Origin: Ancylonema sp.
Taxonomy: Eukaryota
DNA: 64,000 nucleotides
Assembly: GCA_050230475.1 (NCBI GenBank)
Contig: JBFLGF010000115.1
Coordinates: 1-64,000, forward strand
Reading direction: 5' to 3'
A program made the translations under genes and the position numbers. A model generated the notes under the pieces. It was not told the DNA's origin. It saw nothing but the letters and a program-made list of their open reading frames with translations, and ran no database searches. Positions 1 through 12,913 of this stretch are shown one piece after another (the stretch's first letter is position 1; every line of letters begins with the position of its first letter).

Positions 1-547
1 AAACCTGTCTAAAGGAATACTGTCTAAAGGAATAACCTCTCTAATGGAATACAAAATCCCGGTCCCGACGTTGGGCGTTGCATAACTTTCTAGAGGAATA
101 TTTTTCCCCGGCCCGCGAACGTGTCAAGGAATAATGTACGGAATCCGTAAAAATCCGTACAGATTCGTACAGGTTTTTACATGACCGTACAGTTATGTGC
201 GTCTCCCAGATTGTGGGAAGTTGCAATTGCAGTCGTAATGTATGCCCATATTTTAGGGGGGTAGTACGAGTAAAGACCACGTCGAATTTAACGTCAGAAA
301 ATTACGTTCGTGGGTCTCTAGCATCTCCCAGGTGGTTGGAACTAGATACACGACAAAAGACTGTCGTACAACCCAAATGGAAGCTGCAAAACACGTTATA
401 ACGGATTCTGATCTCGATACTGGCATGTTTCGCGTCGTAGGCACATTAGAACGGGTTTTAATAACCGAAACTGTCTCAGTGAATAACCTGTCTAAAGGAA
501 TACAAAATCCCGGTCCCGAGAGTATTCCTTTAGACAGGTTTCACTGT
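1..547. mobile_element. pogo/Tc1-like MITE, family A (left end cut by the window edge), nested in a family-B MITE
   Basis: Starts with AAACCTGTCTAAAGGAATAC. Its inverse GTATTCCTTTAGACAGGTTTCACTG ends at 547 and is followed by TA. Subterminal GTCTAAAGGAATA and CCGGTCCC repeats recur in other copies in the window. Confidence 0.8.
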
Positions 548-549
548 AT

Positions 550-631
550 AAGATTATAAAAACGGCAAAAAAAAAGTTACTATATCGTGATTGTTACTTG
601 TATCGAGTATCATTATATCAAGGGTGTACTG
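550..631. mobile_element. Right end of a pogo-like MITE, family B
   Basis: TTACTATATCG...TTATATCAAGGGTGTACTG|TA resembles the right end at 29380-29639 (GTCACTATATCGAG...TTATATCGAGGGAGCACTG|TA). Confidence 0.6.
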
Positions 632-748
632 TATCGTGGGGAAAAAATGGCGGGACGAGGGACCAACACCGTCTTTCTGGAGGTGACCATGCAAGTAACA
701 GGACATCATACCGGTGTTCAGTACAATACGCGGTAGCACGCCGGCATC

Positions 749-3700
749 ATGAGTATGCTCGGGGAATTTTTTGAGGAAGACGGAATGGATGAGTTAGTGC
801 ATCCGTTGTCCGACCGGCGGATAGCCGGTGTTTCCTCCTACCGGCTTCCAGATCGTTTGGTTGGGCGAGGGTCTCAACAGTTTGTCGGGCTGCAGAATCA
901 AGGGACCACTTGTTATCTCAACTCGCTGCTTCAAGTTCTTTTTATGTCGCCTGAACTACGGGAAGGCTTGTACCAGGTTAGGAATGGGACACGTGAATGT
1001 GGTCGGCAGGGGCCGTAACAATTCTGGAGTGTATCACCGTGTAAGCTTGCTTCTCATAATGCATAGAAATTTATGTACCTGAATGTGTCATTTGCATCCC
1101 CGGCTGATACTCTGTCGCCGAGGAGGACCTTGTTTGCAGGTAACTCCAGCTGAGCTGGGCATAGATCCTTCACTGTCGACTGCTGCGTGTCCATCTACCA
1201 CATACCCGACGCCATTTGTGGACTCTAAGCCGGGTACCGTAAACTTGGGAACTAAATCTCCAAGTGCAGATTTTGTGGCCCAACTTGGGAGTCCAACTTC
1301 ACAATTGAATCCTCTTCCTCAAGCTCCTGCCTCCAGCCCTGTCGGCTCCCCGACTCAAAAGGAGATTCAGTTGCTGGACCTCGGTTTCAGTATCGACAAA
1401 GTCCGGCGTGCTCTCCGTGTAAAGAAGAACAATGTAGAGGAGGCTGGGAATTGGCTTATCGAGCATGTCTCTGAAGAGGATGGTGGGGGCGAGTTGGATG
1501 AGGAGCTTGGGGCCAGCGAAGAGGGGTATAATGGTCTTCCAGCACTTGTGACAGTGGAAGAGAATGTCGCAAGTGCGCCAGAAGTACTGGCAATGATGCC
1601 CAATGTGGACCATGCATATGAATGGCACGGAGATGATGGGGGCTGGGCAAATGGGGGCGACTCGGAGCGACTCTCAAGCATAGTTGAGGAACGTGACAAA
1701 AATGACAGGGTCACTCCAATAGGGTCAGAATTGCCAGCAGCGGTCATCCGACCTAGAAGGAAGGTCCGCCGTGGGTTGATGGAGCTGCAGAAGCTGTTCG
1801 CATTCATGCAGGTAAACGAGGTTATGTCTCCACTATGTACTTATGACAAGGAAGCATGAGGATCGTGCTTCATATGTTCGTGATATTCGAAGGAAGTACC
1901 CCGTACTTCCACCAGGAAAAAAAGGAAAAAAGGAAAAAAGAAAAAAAGGACGAAAAAGCCCTAGGCACTGCATGTTTTATCCAGAGGATGGCAGTAGGGT
2001 CAATCATGTCGGTCACATCAAGAAACGTGTTGCACAAAGCTCGGACTTCGTTTTGACGGACTCAAATCATGGCCTGGTGCAGGGGCTCGACAGACCGGCT
2101 GTATCCACGCAGGACCTCACACGGAGCTTCAAATGGGACGACCGGTGAGGTCGCCGTTCCTTTGTACCCTGTGACATCATCAGTTGAGCCCTGAATCTGA
2201 GACCGTTTCCTGCTGTGCGCACCTTTGAACGCCTGCTTTCTAAGGCCATCAAGTTGAACAGGCTCCCCCCGAAGTCATAGAAGTATTCCAACTAGTTGCT
2301 ATAAATGTCAAAGCGCAGCAATTACCAATGTCTCCATCAAGTACCGAATGTCCGGTTATTTTTATGAACGGGCCTCTCAGCTATTGTATTTACTTCAAAA
2401 GCTGTCTTGTTTTTGCAGTGCCATTGGCGTGCAGCATGACGTGCATGAGCTGAACCGCATCCTGTTTGACGCTATTGAAGACAGCTTGAAAGGCACTGCC
2501 CAAGAACGACTTATTGAGCAGCTGTACAACGGCATTAGCGTGAACCAGGCAGGCAACAGTTACCAACCAACTCCTCGTTACATCCTCCTTTGACAAGCTT
2601 TTGTTTGCATTACGTCAAACGTTGTACCTTGTCGTATCTCACCTGCGTCCCCATCCTCCTGTCTTCAGACTTATTTCGTGATTTGAAGACTAGCAGTCTG
2701 TCTACATACGTAGATACGTATGTCGTCTCACCTTTGGAATTGCTTGATAATTCCCTCTGCAGGTCAAATGGTTGGTGTGCGGTTTCGTCAGCGAACGCGA
2801 GGAAGAATATAGCGACATATCAGTAGTCGTCAAGGTAGATACAGGAAAACTTGTCTTAAAGAATACTTTTGGGGGAAGAAAAAACATCCTTTTAGACAGG
2901 TTATTCATCTAGACAGGTGGAATTACTACACTCACCAACGTTTGGTGGGGACATTTTCCATTCTTTTAGGGAGATTATTCATTTGGACAGTATTCTTTTA
3001 GACAGGAGATAGTGTATGGTGAATGCATCATGGCGTCTTGGCCCAGAGCTACCTGAGCTGCTCGTTCTGGCACGTGCAATCTTCCTAGGATGCTGATCTA
3101 CGGCAAGTGTGTTGTGCCCCCTTCCACCTCACGCAGGGTTTCTCCAACTTAGAAGACAGTTTCGAAGCAGCCACCCGAGTAGAGAAGCTGTCTGGGGACA
3201 ACCAGTATTCCTGTGACACATGCGGACACAAGGTACTGCCACCCCCTCTCATACAGAGCAACCAAATCTGGTCCCTAAAAAAGTAGCTCTGAGCTCTCTG
3301 AAATCTGAGCTCTGAGCTCCGAACTCTGGGATCTGAGCCCTGAGCCCTGAGCCCTGAGCGCTGCCAGGTGGCCTGTGCAGGTGGACGCGGAAAGGAGCCA
3401 GCGGTGGCGCACTATGCCACACCTACTAACCTTGCCACTGTGTCGGTTCGATTTCGACTGGAACAAGAACGAGCGCTACAAAATCTCCACGGAATTAGCC
3501 TTCCCCCAGCTCCTCAACGTGGCCCCCTACATGGCCACTCCAAAAGCAACACAAGGAAGTGGTCCAAAGGAAGGGGCAGACCCTATGTCCCAAGTGCTGT
3601 ATGAGCTGGTGGCTGTCGTGATTCACAGTGGGAGTGCACACAGTGGTCACTACCACGCGTACATCAAAGACGTCTTCTTGTACTCGGAGGAGCGTGGGAA

Positions 3701-6700
3701 GGCTGTAGGTGGGACAGGAGGTTCTGGTGGAGAGGGGAGTAGCAGGAGTTGTTTTGAGGGCCCTGGGGGGTCAGAGCGGTGGTTTGACTTCAACGACAGT
3801 GTGGTGAAAGTTATACATTCGTAAGCCCCTCCTGCGATGAAGCCTACTGCGTTTTGAGTGTATGCAGTGTGAAAGTGAGTACATTCGTTCGGGGTATATT
3901 CCAGATGACAATCGTATTGAAAGCTTTGCTATGAAGTCGTCTGAAGTCACAACAGTCAACATGCACAGTGGTCAATGGTCAACGGTTAATGGTCTATGGT
4001 CACTGGTCAATGGTCAATGGTTAGTGGTCAATGGTCAATGGTCAATGGTCAATGGTCATTGGTCAATGGTCATCGGCCACTTGAATTCGGGAGGAGACAT
4101 ATTTGTGTTTCTTGGGAAGGAAGCACTACTAACGCGTTGTTCTTTCAAACGACCAGTTTGACCGCTTTCCATTACTACTGGCCTCTCAAAAAAACAGTCT
4201 TTCAGAATCTGTCATAAGAAAGGGCGCTTAGGAGTGTGGCGCTCACATCTGCTTTGTCTGAGCATGGGCGGTTGCAGGGACGCAATAAGTCGGCAGTTTG
4301 GAGGCAGCGTAGGTGAATGTGCGTACATGCTCACCTATCGATCGCGATCCCCTGCCCGCTTGTCAAACTCTCCCACGAATCCGACTGGGCATCTTTCAGC
4401 TTCTCCTGTCTCTGGACTCCCGTTCTTGGGACAAAGAAACGATGTTGCACCTTCCTCCTCTTCTCCACAAGGCGAACTGCCACCATCTCCCAAAAACCTT
4501 CCGTCGGCTACCCAGCCAGTAGACACTCATACCGCGCAAAACCGGATCGAGAATCCTCCACCTTCGTCAGAAGCAGTGGAGTTGCATGAACCTCCTGGTG
4601 CTGCACTAGCATTAGAGGGTGGGAAGAGTGGGAAGTCTGGAGATGATGACGGGGAGCAGCACATGAGTGTGGAGGGAGGAGTAGGGGGGGGCACTGTGGC
4701 ACAGCAGGGACGTGCAGCAGCAACAACAGAGGGGGAAGTGAACCTGCCGAGAACGATGCTGGCCATGCCGTTGCCGCCACATCTGCTGAGCCTGGTGGAG
4801 GAGGCCAACACAGAGCTGGCCAGGTGAGAAGGAGGAATCCAGGATGCACTTGTCATGGTACACCTCTGGAATCAATTCTACTCTTTTCGGAATTGGAGAG
4901 GAGATTCCTAACACCCCACCCATCCTGTGGGCCTCCAATTAACAAGCATGGGTCACGTTGGGGTGCTGTGGAATTCCTGTACAGCCTGCGGTCAAGCGGT
5001 CATGCTTTCACCCCCTTCTGTGTTTTTACTGCCGTCTCACCCCATCTGAGGACTGGTCTGATACTTATCTTGTTCAGGGAGCGTGAGAAGGCAATGCAGG
5101 AGATGGAGGAGCAGGCGGCGAGGATGGCTCGAGAATGGGAAGAAGCAGACGCTGCCAAAATCAGTGTCCGATTGTACATCACCGGGGAGGTCGTGATAGT
5201 GGGGGACCACATGATGGCACAGGAATCCCTGTAAGGATGTTTTTTTCACCTGGGTTGCAGAGGATCTTGATAAACAAGCCATGTGGATTGCTGCCTCCTT
5301 ATGTGTACGTTTGGTCCTCCTCCCAAGATCCCCCCCACCTGGGGGCTCAAGTCACTGATGCCACGTCGCTCAGGGACCCAATAGAAGGAACAACGGATAT
5401 CCCAACCAAGAATCCTGTCCACCTCAGCCGTGCAGTGCGAGAAAAACAAGAACAATCGAGGATTTCGCATTCGCTGGTCATAAAATCTGAATCGCTTTCG
5501 TACCACACTGCGCCCCTGGGTGTGCAGGAAACTGCGGGTGGACCACCAGTGGTCCACCCTTCGCCAGTTGGTACACAGGGTGTTCAGCCCGGCCGGGTGT
5601 CTGCAGTTCGGAAAGGGGGCGTACTGGCTGGCAATCCTCGCCCCTGCACCCGAATCGGAGTGGCCCCCCGAATTCCAGCCGCTGAATCAGCAGGCATCCT
5701 GGAGGGAGTTCCTGCGGGCAGAGGTTGGCACAAAAGGTATCGACACGGAGGCCGATATCGGTGCGGACGTGCACATGCACTTGAGCGAGACAGTGGAACC
5801 GGCGTCGTCAGAGCCGCGAGTGGGCCATGGAGGGGCGGAAAGGGACAAGGAAGGGAGGCTGGAGGAAGTGAAAGGGGGAGACGAGGACATGATGGGTGGG
5901 GGGAGTCCCATGGATATCAGCCCGGAAAAGGAGGGGGGGGGCCAAGGGGGAGCGGGGGGTCGGGAAGAGGGGGGGGGAAGTGCGAAAGAAGCAGGAGTTG
6001 ATGTCCGGTCAGCGCCAACAGAGCAGGAGGCAGGGGGGGGCTGTAACGAGGGTCAGCCAGAAGGAATGGCCGTGGATGGGCAGCAGAGTACTGGGGCACT
6101 AGAGACTGGGGATGAGCCACAGGCCAACCGCGCAACTGTTGAACCGGGCGAACCTCCCAACCTACCCACCGCGAATCCCCCCACCCCCTTCTTCTGCTAC
6201 AAGCTGCTGAACGTGATCCCGCTGGACTCCGACCACCAGTTCCTGCTGGGACCGTCTCTGAGGGACGCAGGGGTCGTGGACGGGGGGGGGGTGCTCTTCT
6301 GGTTCGACACCGAGTCGAAACCGGAGGTACCGGAAGCCATGAAACGGATCCTGGAAGCGAGGGGGGCGAAGGTGATGAGGCGGGCTGCACAGGAGGCGGT
6401 GGGGCGGGAGGAGGATGGGCGGACCATACAGTTTGACATCCTTCCACCAGCGATGGAGGAGGGGGCCGTCACGAGGGACGGGGAGGGGTTGACGGTGCGG
6501 GAGGGGTGGGAGGAGGTGAGGGAGAGGGGGGGGGTGTGAGGAACAGGTCAGGGGTTGGAGGGCCTGTGTAGCTTCAGCTTGGTTTAGGCATAGCTAATCA
6601 GAACGTTTTTGGTTGCTGTGAGAAAAAGTGGATGAGTCCAGGAATTACCGATCGGTGTTTTGATATCATGCTTCAGGGATCGAACAATAATGGAGTGATA

Positions 6701-9700
6701 ATAACGCGAAAGAAACTGTCGTAATGGCATGTGCTGCGCTGGCTGGGCAACGGAAGTCCTGCCTAGGAGAATGTTGTTCTATCTGAGGAGGTGAACTAAG
6801 GATATGAAGGGAAATGGTGGCCTGAATAAGTGGTTGGGGTTTCTGCGTCCACCAGGTGAAGGATGCCCACGTGTTCGTCTGTCTCAATCTGTCCCTACCA
6901 AGGTAGGACAAGGGGGGGACGAGGACAAAGGGTCAAGGGAGGTATGGATGAGCTTGGGGGACCTAAAGGGACCTCTGGGAACTTGAGATTGGGTTCGTGA
7001 AGGATGGGAGTGGTAGCAGGTTTGTGTAGTCTGCCCACTTTGTATGCACCCTGTCACCAACCCCTTCAGTGCGGGTCGGTGGTGTAACATCTTCACGGCA
7101 CCTGCATCTCTACGGGAAAGGAGGCAGGGATGTCACGGGGACGTAGTGCTCATCACATTTTTGTTTCCTTGTTTTTTTTTTTGATCGGAATTTGAAGTCG
7201 CATGTCTCACTACTTTTGTGAGTTTGTGACTTTGTGCCCCAACGTTGAAAAACCGGTCTCTATCGGCGCCTGCCCCTCCCCCATCGCCGCTCTTCCCCCG
7301 TGCACCCACAGGGTGTCCGAAGAGAAGCTGAGTGCGTGCCAGCTGCGTATCCCCGTGGACATGCACACAACCACGTTTGAGGACGTCAAGCGCCTGGCCG
7401 TAGAACAGGCCGTCCGTGAGGAGAACCTCACCCTGCCGCCCCCGGACGCCGTACGTGTTGCATGCCCAACTCATCCCACACACCCCTCTTAAGTGATAAA
7501 CCCCTCAACATTCACCTCCCCAACTCTCAAACCCCCGGGTGTGACAAAAACGAAGTGTTGCACCGCTGGGGTTCAGGTACAACTCCGGCTCTACAAGGCG
7601 GGCGTCAACAACTCGGAACGGTTTGAGGACGAGGTGCTTGTGAGCCACTATGTCCTCGCGGGGCAGGTGAGCAGGGAGGGAGGGTCGTGTATGGAGAGAG
7701 ACGCCGGCTTTTTTCAGATATGGGACCCACTACCGCTCTTTCTTGTCTACAGCAGGAGGCGATTGGTATGAAGTTGAGCAGAGGAGGGGGGGGGGGAATA
7801 CTGTACAGAGAAACCACTTATTTCAAACCAATTAAAAAAACTCCAAATAATGTTTCTCTTAACAAAAATTTCTCATATAAATCACATCTGGGATAAAAAA
7901 ACCGGAAAAAAGTCCCATAACGAAGGGACTTGGGGTCCTTGCAGCAAGTACGTATCCCATAACGAAGTGTCTTATATCAGGGTTTCCCTGTCTACCTGTT
8001 CAGGTACTGGTGATGGAGGACGCGGAGCCGTTTGAGGTGACATGGTATTTCCGTGACAAGGTAGGAAGGGAGGGAGGGAGGCAGGCTCTCAAGGGTTCTG
8101 AAGCTGGTGTGTGAAATATGAGGAGAACTGGTGCGTCATCAGTACTAGAAAGTTTTGTTCCCATTTGTTATGGGTTTTTTTTTCATCCGTTTTTTTTTTT
8201 TTTTTTTTTGTTAATTTTTCTTTTTTTCTCCTTTTTCCCTTTCTTCTCCCCGCTCCACCCCGTTTTCACCCTGGTCAACCGGCCTGGGGCTGGGTGTGCT
8301 CCCAAAAGCACGGCATTATGGCAGGAGGCCTTTTGGGCATATATAGAAACTTCAAACCCAGAACCCCTTATCCAGCAGCAGCAGTAGATTGCCTCTTCGC
8401 TGTGGTGCTGCTGTGGTGACCGACGTAGGTGGTGACCGACACACACTAACCCGCCCCCAACCCCCTATTCCTCCCTGGTTCTCAGCACGGACAGAAGCAT
8501 GACATGGCGTCCCTGGTCCGTCTCGACCAGCCCCTGGTGGAGGCAATGGCAGAGGCTCTGAACGAACACCCCATGGCTCCCAAGACGCGTCCCTGCGGGG
8601 TGTATGTGAAGGTGGGGCAGAAATGGAAGTGGGACTGTGAGGGACCCCCGTTGATAACGACGAGGACGATGAAGGAGAACAAGATCACGACAGGTGGGGT
8701 ACAACACTGGGTTGGGTTTTTAATTCTTGGGGTTTTATAAGGTCTCTGGTTTTCTTGGTTTTAGTTTGTTTGTTTCACCCTGCCCCCTTGTTGCTCTTGT
8801 TGTGTGTGTATTTTTTTTCTTTTTTTTTTCCGGAGTTTTGTTGTTTGATTTGATTACCTTCGGAATTTCGCATTCCGGTCGTCTCCAATGACGAACCCTA
8901 GCAACGCGTCGCTCACACGCATACACTTGTAGGTGATACATATCAAGAACCCGCACCAAAACAATCAAACCCCTACAAATCTAGACTGAGACCTCTGACC
9001 AGTGGTAGGGGGGTTGTGGGTGCGGGGGTTGGCCTAATCCCAGACACCTCGATCTTCATCAAGTTTGCAGAACCGCCCCGTCTGCAAAAAGTAATCATTC
9101 ACCGATACGCCCTTCCCTCCGAAGGCCCAGCCATAGACACCTGTTATCGTCCATCGGATACCACCCAAGTAGAGAACCCCCCTCCCAACCCCCTCAACCT
9201 CCCAACCAGCACCGACTTCTTCAATGGAGAGGACGACGAAGACACCGCCGTGCCCAGGGCCATGTCCCTGTCCCTGGGGATAGACATCCAACAAACTCAA
9301 CCTCACACAAAGGGGTTCGGAGACCTGGAGTCTGTACCTAACCAGCCTGGCACGCCGGAGGGAGAGGGCAAGGGCGGCAGCAGCAGCAGCAGCAACGGCG
9401 AAAGCGGCAAAAGTGTTCTGCCGGTCAGGCCGGTTCCCGGTCTGGGGCCGCAATTTCTGGAGGAGGTGTGGGACGTGATGGTGCACGAGGGGACAAAGGT
9501 GGGGGAGGTGAAGCAACAGATTCTCGGCCTCCCAGCCTTCTCCGGGGCGGACCCCCACAGGCTGCGGCTGCGGGAGGTGATACGAAAGGGGGTGCTGGGG
9601 AGGGAGGTGAGCGGAGACGAGCGGTCCCTCAGGGAAGCGGAGTTCACTTTCGGGAGGGGCATCGCGGCAAGGGTGCTTCCCCGAGAACCCGTGCCGGATA

Positions 9701-11606
9701 TACGAAAACTCCTCACTTGGCCGCCAGGAACACCCCCAATGCCGGTATCCGAGCCAGAGGAAACCCCCTCGCACGCCCCCAGCTTTCCTGCTGACAACTC
9801 TGACATGAAAATCCAGGAAGGGAAGGCAGCGACCTGTTCCCAAAGCGAGAAAGAGAGCAAGGGTGGAGGGGTTGGGAGTGAGGGGGGGGTAAGGGGTGAT
9901 GTCCCCACCCTGTCCCAGCAGCTGCTGCTGGTAGTGCAGAGACGGGTACCCGTTCCCCTGGGCACGATTGACTTACAGACTGACGGGGATCCTGAGGGGA
10001 AGGAGGCAGATCTAGAAGCTCTGGGTGAGTGCAGCAATGAGGGGACTCCACCCTTCCACCCCCCCTCCCTGGCCGACAGCCCTCCAATTGCTGCTGAGAC
10101 TGTGGTGCCAGGGGCAAAGACTGAGCAGGCAGAAGCTGCAGGTGGGGGTGGGGGTGGGGGTGGGGTTGGCTTTGGCTTCACTTCCCCCCAGGAGGTGCAC
10201 TACACTCTGAGGAAGGGCCAATGCGGAGAGCTCCACTTTCTGACCTTCCTGGCAGACCTGTTCAGCATTCCTGTGAAGCGCCTCAGGGTAAGGGAGTCTC
10301 ACGCAATATTTTGCTTTCAAACTTCTTATCCCTCATTATTATGCAGAGGAGGAAATGAATCCCCCTCAAACTGCCTGTCCGCATCGTGATTCGCCTATAA
10401 GTGCTATGAATGCTATAAATGCTATAAGTGCTATAAATGCTAGGGTGTTATAAAAGCTATGAGTGCTATAAAAGCTATGAGTGCTATAAATGCTATAAGT
10501 GCTATAAAAGCTATGAGTGCTAAAAATGCTATGAGTGCTATAAAAGCTATGAGTGCTATAAATGCTATGAGTGATATAAAAGCTATGAGTGCTATAAAAG
10601 CTATGAGTGCTATAAATGCTATGAGTGCTATAAATGCTATGAGTGCTATAAAAGCTATGAGTGCTATAAATGCTATGAGTGCTATAAATGCGTGTGTGTT
10701 GTACATGCTTGGGATCGTAAATCAGAATGGCTCCAATGAACTCCCGCACACCTATAAATCTGCACCTGATGACGGTGATCGCCAACATATAAGACTAACC
10801 ATGTCGAATTGAGTACGCAGGTGGAGAGGTACGTGAGCCGCACCAACCGACTGAAGGTCCTCCACAGCACCACAGCTGTTCATCACCAACTCCACCCAAG
10901 GGGGCCTGCGGTGGGGCCGTCAGGAGCCGAGGTTGGGCCACGGGAGGTGGTATTTGACCCCCCCCCGGCAGCTGGGTGTGGGGAAGCTGGAGGGGAGGCA
11001 GGGGGGGGTGGAGAAGAGGGAGGTACGAATGGATTTTCGGAGGTGGGGGGGGAGGTGTGGCAGGGGATGACTGAGGGTGGTGCACACGAGACGGAGGGGG
11101 GAAGGGAGGGGAGGGTGATGAAACCTGAGGAGTACGCGGATTTCTTGCAAACATTGCCCAAAGAGGAGAGGCGCACCCTGCCTCCGCCTGAGAGGGTGTT
11201 CGATGAGAATTTGTCCGTAAGGGGGGATCAGCACCCTGTGATGATGGACGAAAACATGGTGCGGAAATTCTGCACCTACAAATCAGCCACCGAGTCGTGC
11301 GCAGGCGCCAGGGCGAAGAAGAGCAGGGTGCAGGGGCCAGAGTACGCGGAGGGGGAGCCGTTCGATCTGAAGAACGGGGACGTTGTTGTGGTGTCAGACT
11401 CCAATGACGGGCTGGCAGATGTCACAGACCTGAGGGGGGCTCGTTTCAAGGCGGAGAAATCGCCAGTGGGTGCGGACACGATTGGGTTCTCGGAGCCTTC
11501 TGAGAGAATTGCCCCCCTGTTGCTCCAAGGGCCGCCTGGTAGGAGCAAGGTAGGGTCACGGCCTGAGGTGGCGCTCAAAATCAGCATGGATGAGTATGAA
11601 GACTAG
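749..11606 (+). CDS. USP40: Ubiquitin-specific protease (peptidase C19), USP40/USP47-like, about 1985 aa, 17 exons, with an inserted UBA domain
   Basis: Exons spliced in frame: 749-976, 1140-1811, 2083-2144, 2419-2548 (GC donor), 2763-2834, 3137-3232, 3381-3820, 4278-4823, 5078-5230, 5528-6515, 6856-6902, 7312-7450, 7577-7666, 8004-8060, 8486-8693, 9044-10287, 10821-11606 (5958 nt). Motifs: Cys-box GLQNQGTTCYLNSLLQ, QHDVHELNRILF, His-box YELVAVVIHSGSAHSGHYHAYIKD, WFDFNDS, AYMLTYR. The N-terminus MLGEFFEE, the PAELG motif, NRILFDAIEDSLKGT and the C-terminal RPEVALKI match my recollection of USP40. The small C-terminal exons are less certain than the catalytic ones. Confidence 0.88.
2842..3014. 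mobile_element. Short family-A pogo-like MITE in USP intron 5
   Basis: TA|CAGGAAAACTTGTCTTAAAGAATAC ... GTATTCTTTTAGACAGGAGATAGTG|TA. The TIRs are degenerate; internal TAGACAGG repeats are present. Confidence 0.65.
3285..3360. repeat. Heptamer tandem repeat (CTGAGCC/CTGAGCT)n in USP intron 6
   Basis: Imperfect 7-bp repeats, directly visible. Confidence 0.8.
3968..4072. repeat. Heptamer tandem repeat (TGGTCAA)n in USP intron 7
   Basis: About 14 imperfect copies, directly visible. Confidence 0.9.
7806..7990. mobile_element. Short pogo-like MITE in USP intron 13
   Basis: TA|CAGAGAAACC ... GGTTTCCCTG inverted ends, with an internal repeated CCCATAACGAAG. Confidence 0.5.
10395..10690. repeat. 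9/18-bp minisatellite (GCTATGAGT GCTATAAAA/T)n in USP intron 16
   Basis: About 16 copies of an 18-bp unit made of two related 9-mers. Confidence 0.95.
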
Positions 11607-12382
11607 GGCATTTCAGCCGGTCTACAAGGGCGGAAACTCGATTCACGGAGAACATATTTGATGGTTTTTTCTTCTAATGATCCTGATGTCGGTAGTGGAC
11701 TATGGATGGGAGGACAAAGTTATCGACTAACGGGTGTTGTGAGGTGGTTTTTTTAACATGTAGATACTTCTGTTCATACAGTCTATAGGACTGATGCTTT
11801 GAAGCTATGGATGATTGCGTGCAGTGTAGGCAAGTTGTACATTGAAGTCACATGTGGTCTAATCACGTTATTAATCACATTGGTGAGTGTTATTGCTTCT
11901 TTTTGCTCTAAGTGACGAATTGGTATGACGCATATGTCGGATAGGAAGGGTCAAAGGATCAAAGTTGTAGTTAGTCTCTCCGAGGTTAAAATCAGGTCCA
12001 TGGCAGAAGTCCGGCTATCATCACTTCGAATTTCAATAAGTGGCATAGAAAATAAAAAACGTATCCGCGCATGATAAAGACACATTCGGAGATAGACAAC
12101 TTGGCTTGTATTGCTGAAAAGTATCTCTAAATTTTTTTTATGTTGATATTAAAGCGTGAATGTTTCCCTATGAACTGCTTCTAATTTCTTCGATCTTGCG
12201 GGTTCGGGCATGGCCTCCAGCTATGGCTTCACATCTTGCTGGAGTTTGTTTCTTGAGCATGTGAGGTATCATCCCATTTGTTGCGAAGTATTTTTCATGC
12301 GAGCAAATACATTCTTGGTTCGTGGTTGCTGGTCTTCCAGTCCTTCCTTTCCTTAAAGTTCCATCACATGCCATTCGTAAAA

Positions 12383-12620
12383 CATGGGCCCGATCCGATC
12401 GGGGAAATTCCTATCCGGCACCCATCCGGATAAGAGGCGCCAAACATTAGGTGAAAATCGATGAAATCAAATAATAAATATTACGCTCCTATTGCGGCGT
12501 AAAACTTCCAAAAGCACGTGTTTGTTTCAATGTAATATTTTTTTCGTGTTTGTCGGGCCGATCAGAATGTTTCCGATCCGGCGCCGGTCCGGATCGGATC
12601 CCATCCAGCTCCAAACCGAA
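12383..12620. mobile_element. Degenerate hAT-like MITE (GATCCGATCGG family)
   Basis: Shares GGTGAAAATCGATGAAATCAAA, GGCGTAAA and CCGATCCG subterminal repeats with 15915-16191 and 17268-17547. The ends are decayed. Confidence 0.65.
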
Positions 12621-12913
12621 TTTTTCTAACTACAATTCCATAGTAGAATAATGCACCCCACAAACATTTCAGAAATAACGTGTTACAATCATATAAGCTT
12701 ACTTCTCCGATCAAGTCACCATCCCATGTGTATCATTGGTTCGGGACAAATTATACATATCAACTTGTGAGGGATTTACACGGCATCTTGCATTACGATC
12801 ACCCAACACTTTTTCAAGCACATGTTACTCTGAGCGGTCGCAAAGCAACATCCCTTTGGGGTTATAACGAAGCCCGCAAACCCGGACAGGGAGTGTTTTC
12901 CTCTGAATATATA

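Noticed and set aside
9034..10181. Long antisense ORFs (269 and 292 aa) and similar ones opposite USP exons
   Set aside because: They are shadows of GC-rich coding exons and carry no independent motifs.
10366..10812. Repetitive ORFs (YSTHS/AFIALI/MSAIKA)
   Set aside because: Translations of the intronic 18-bp minisatellite.
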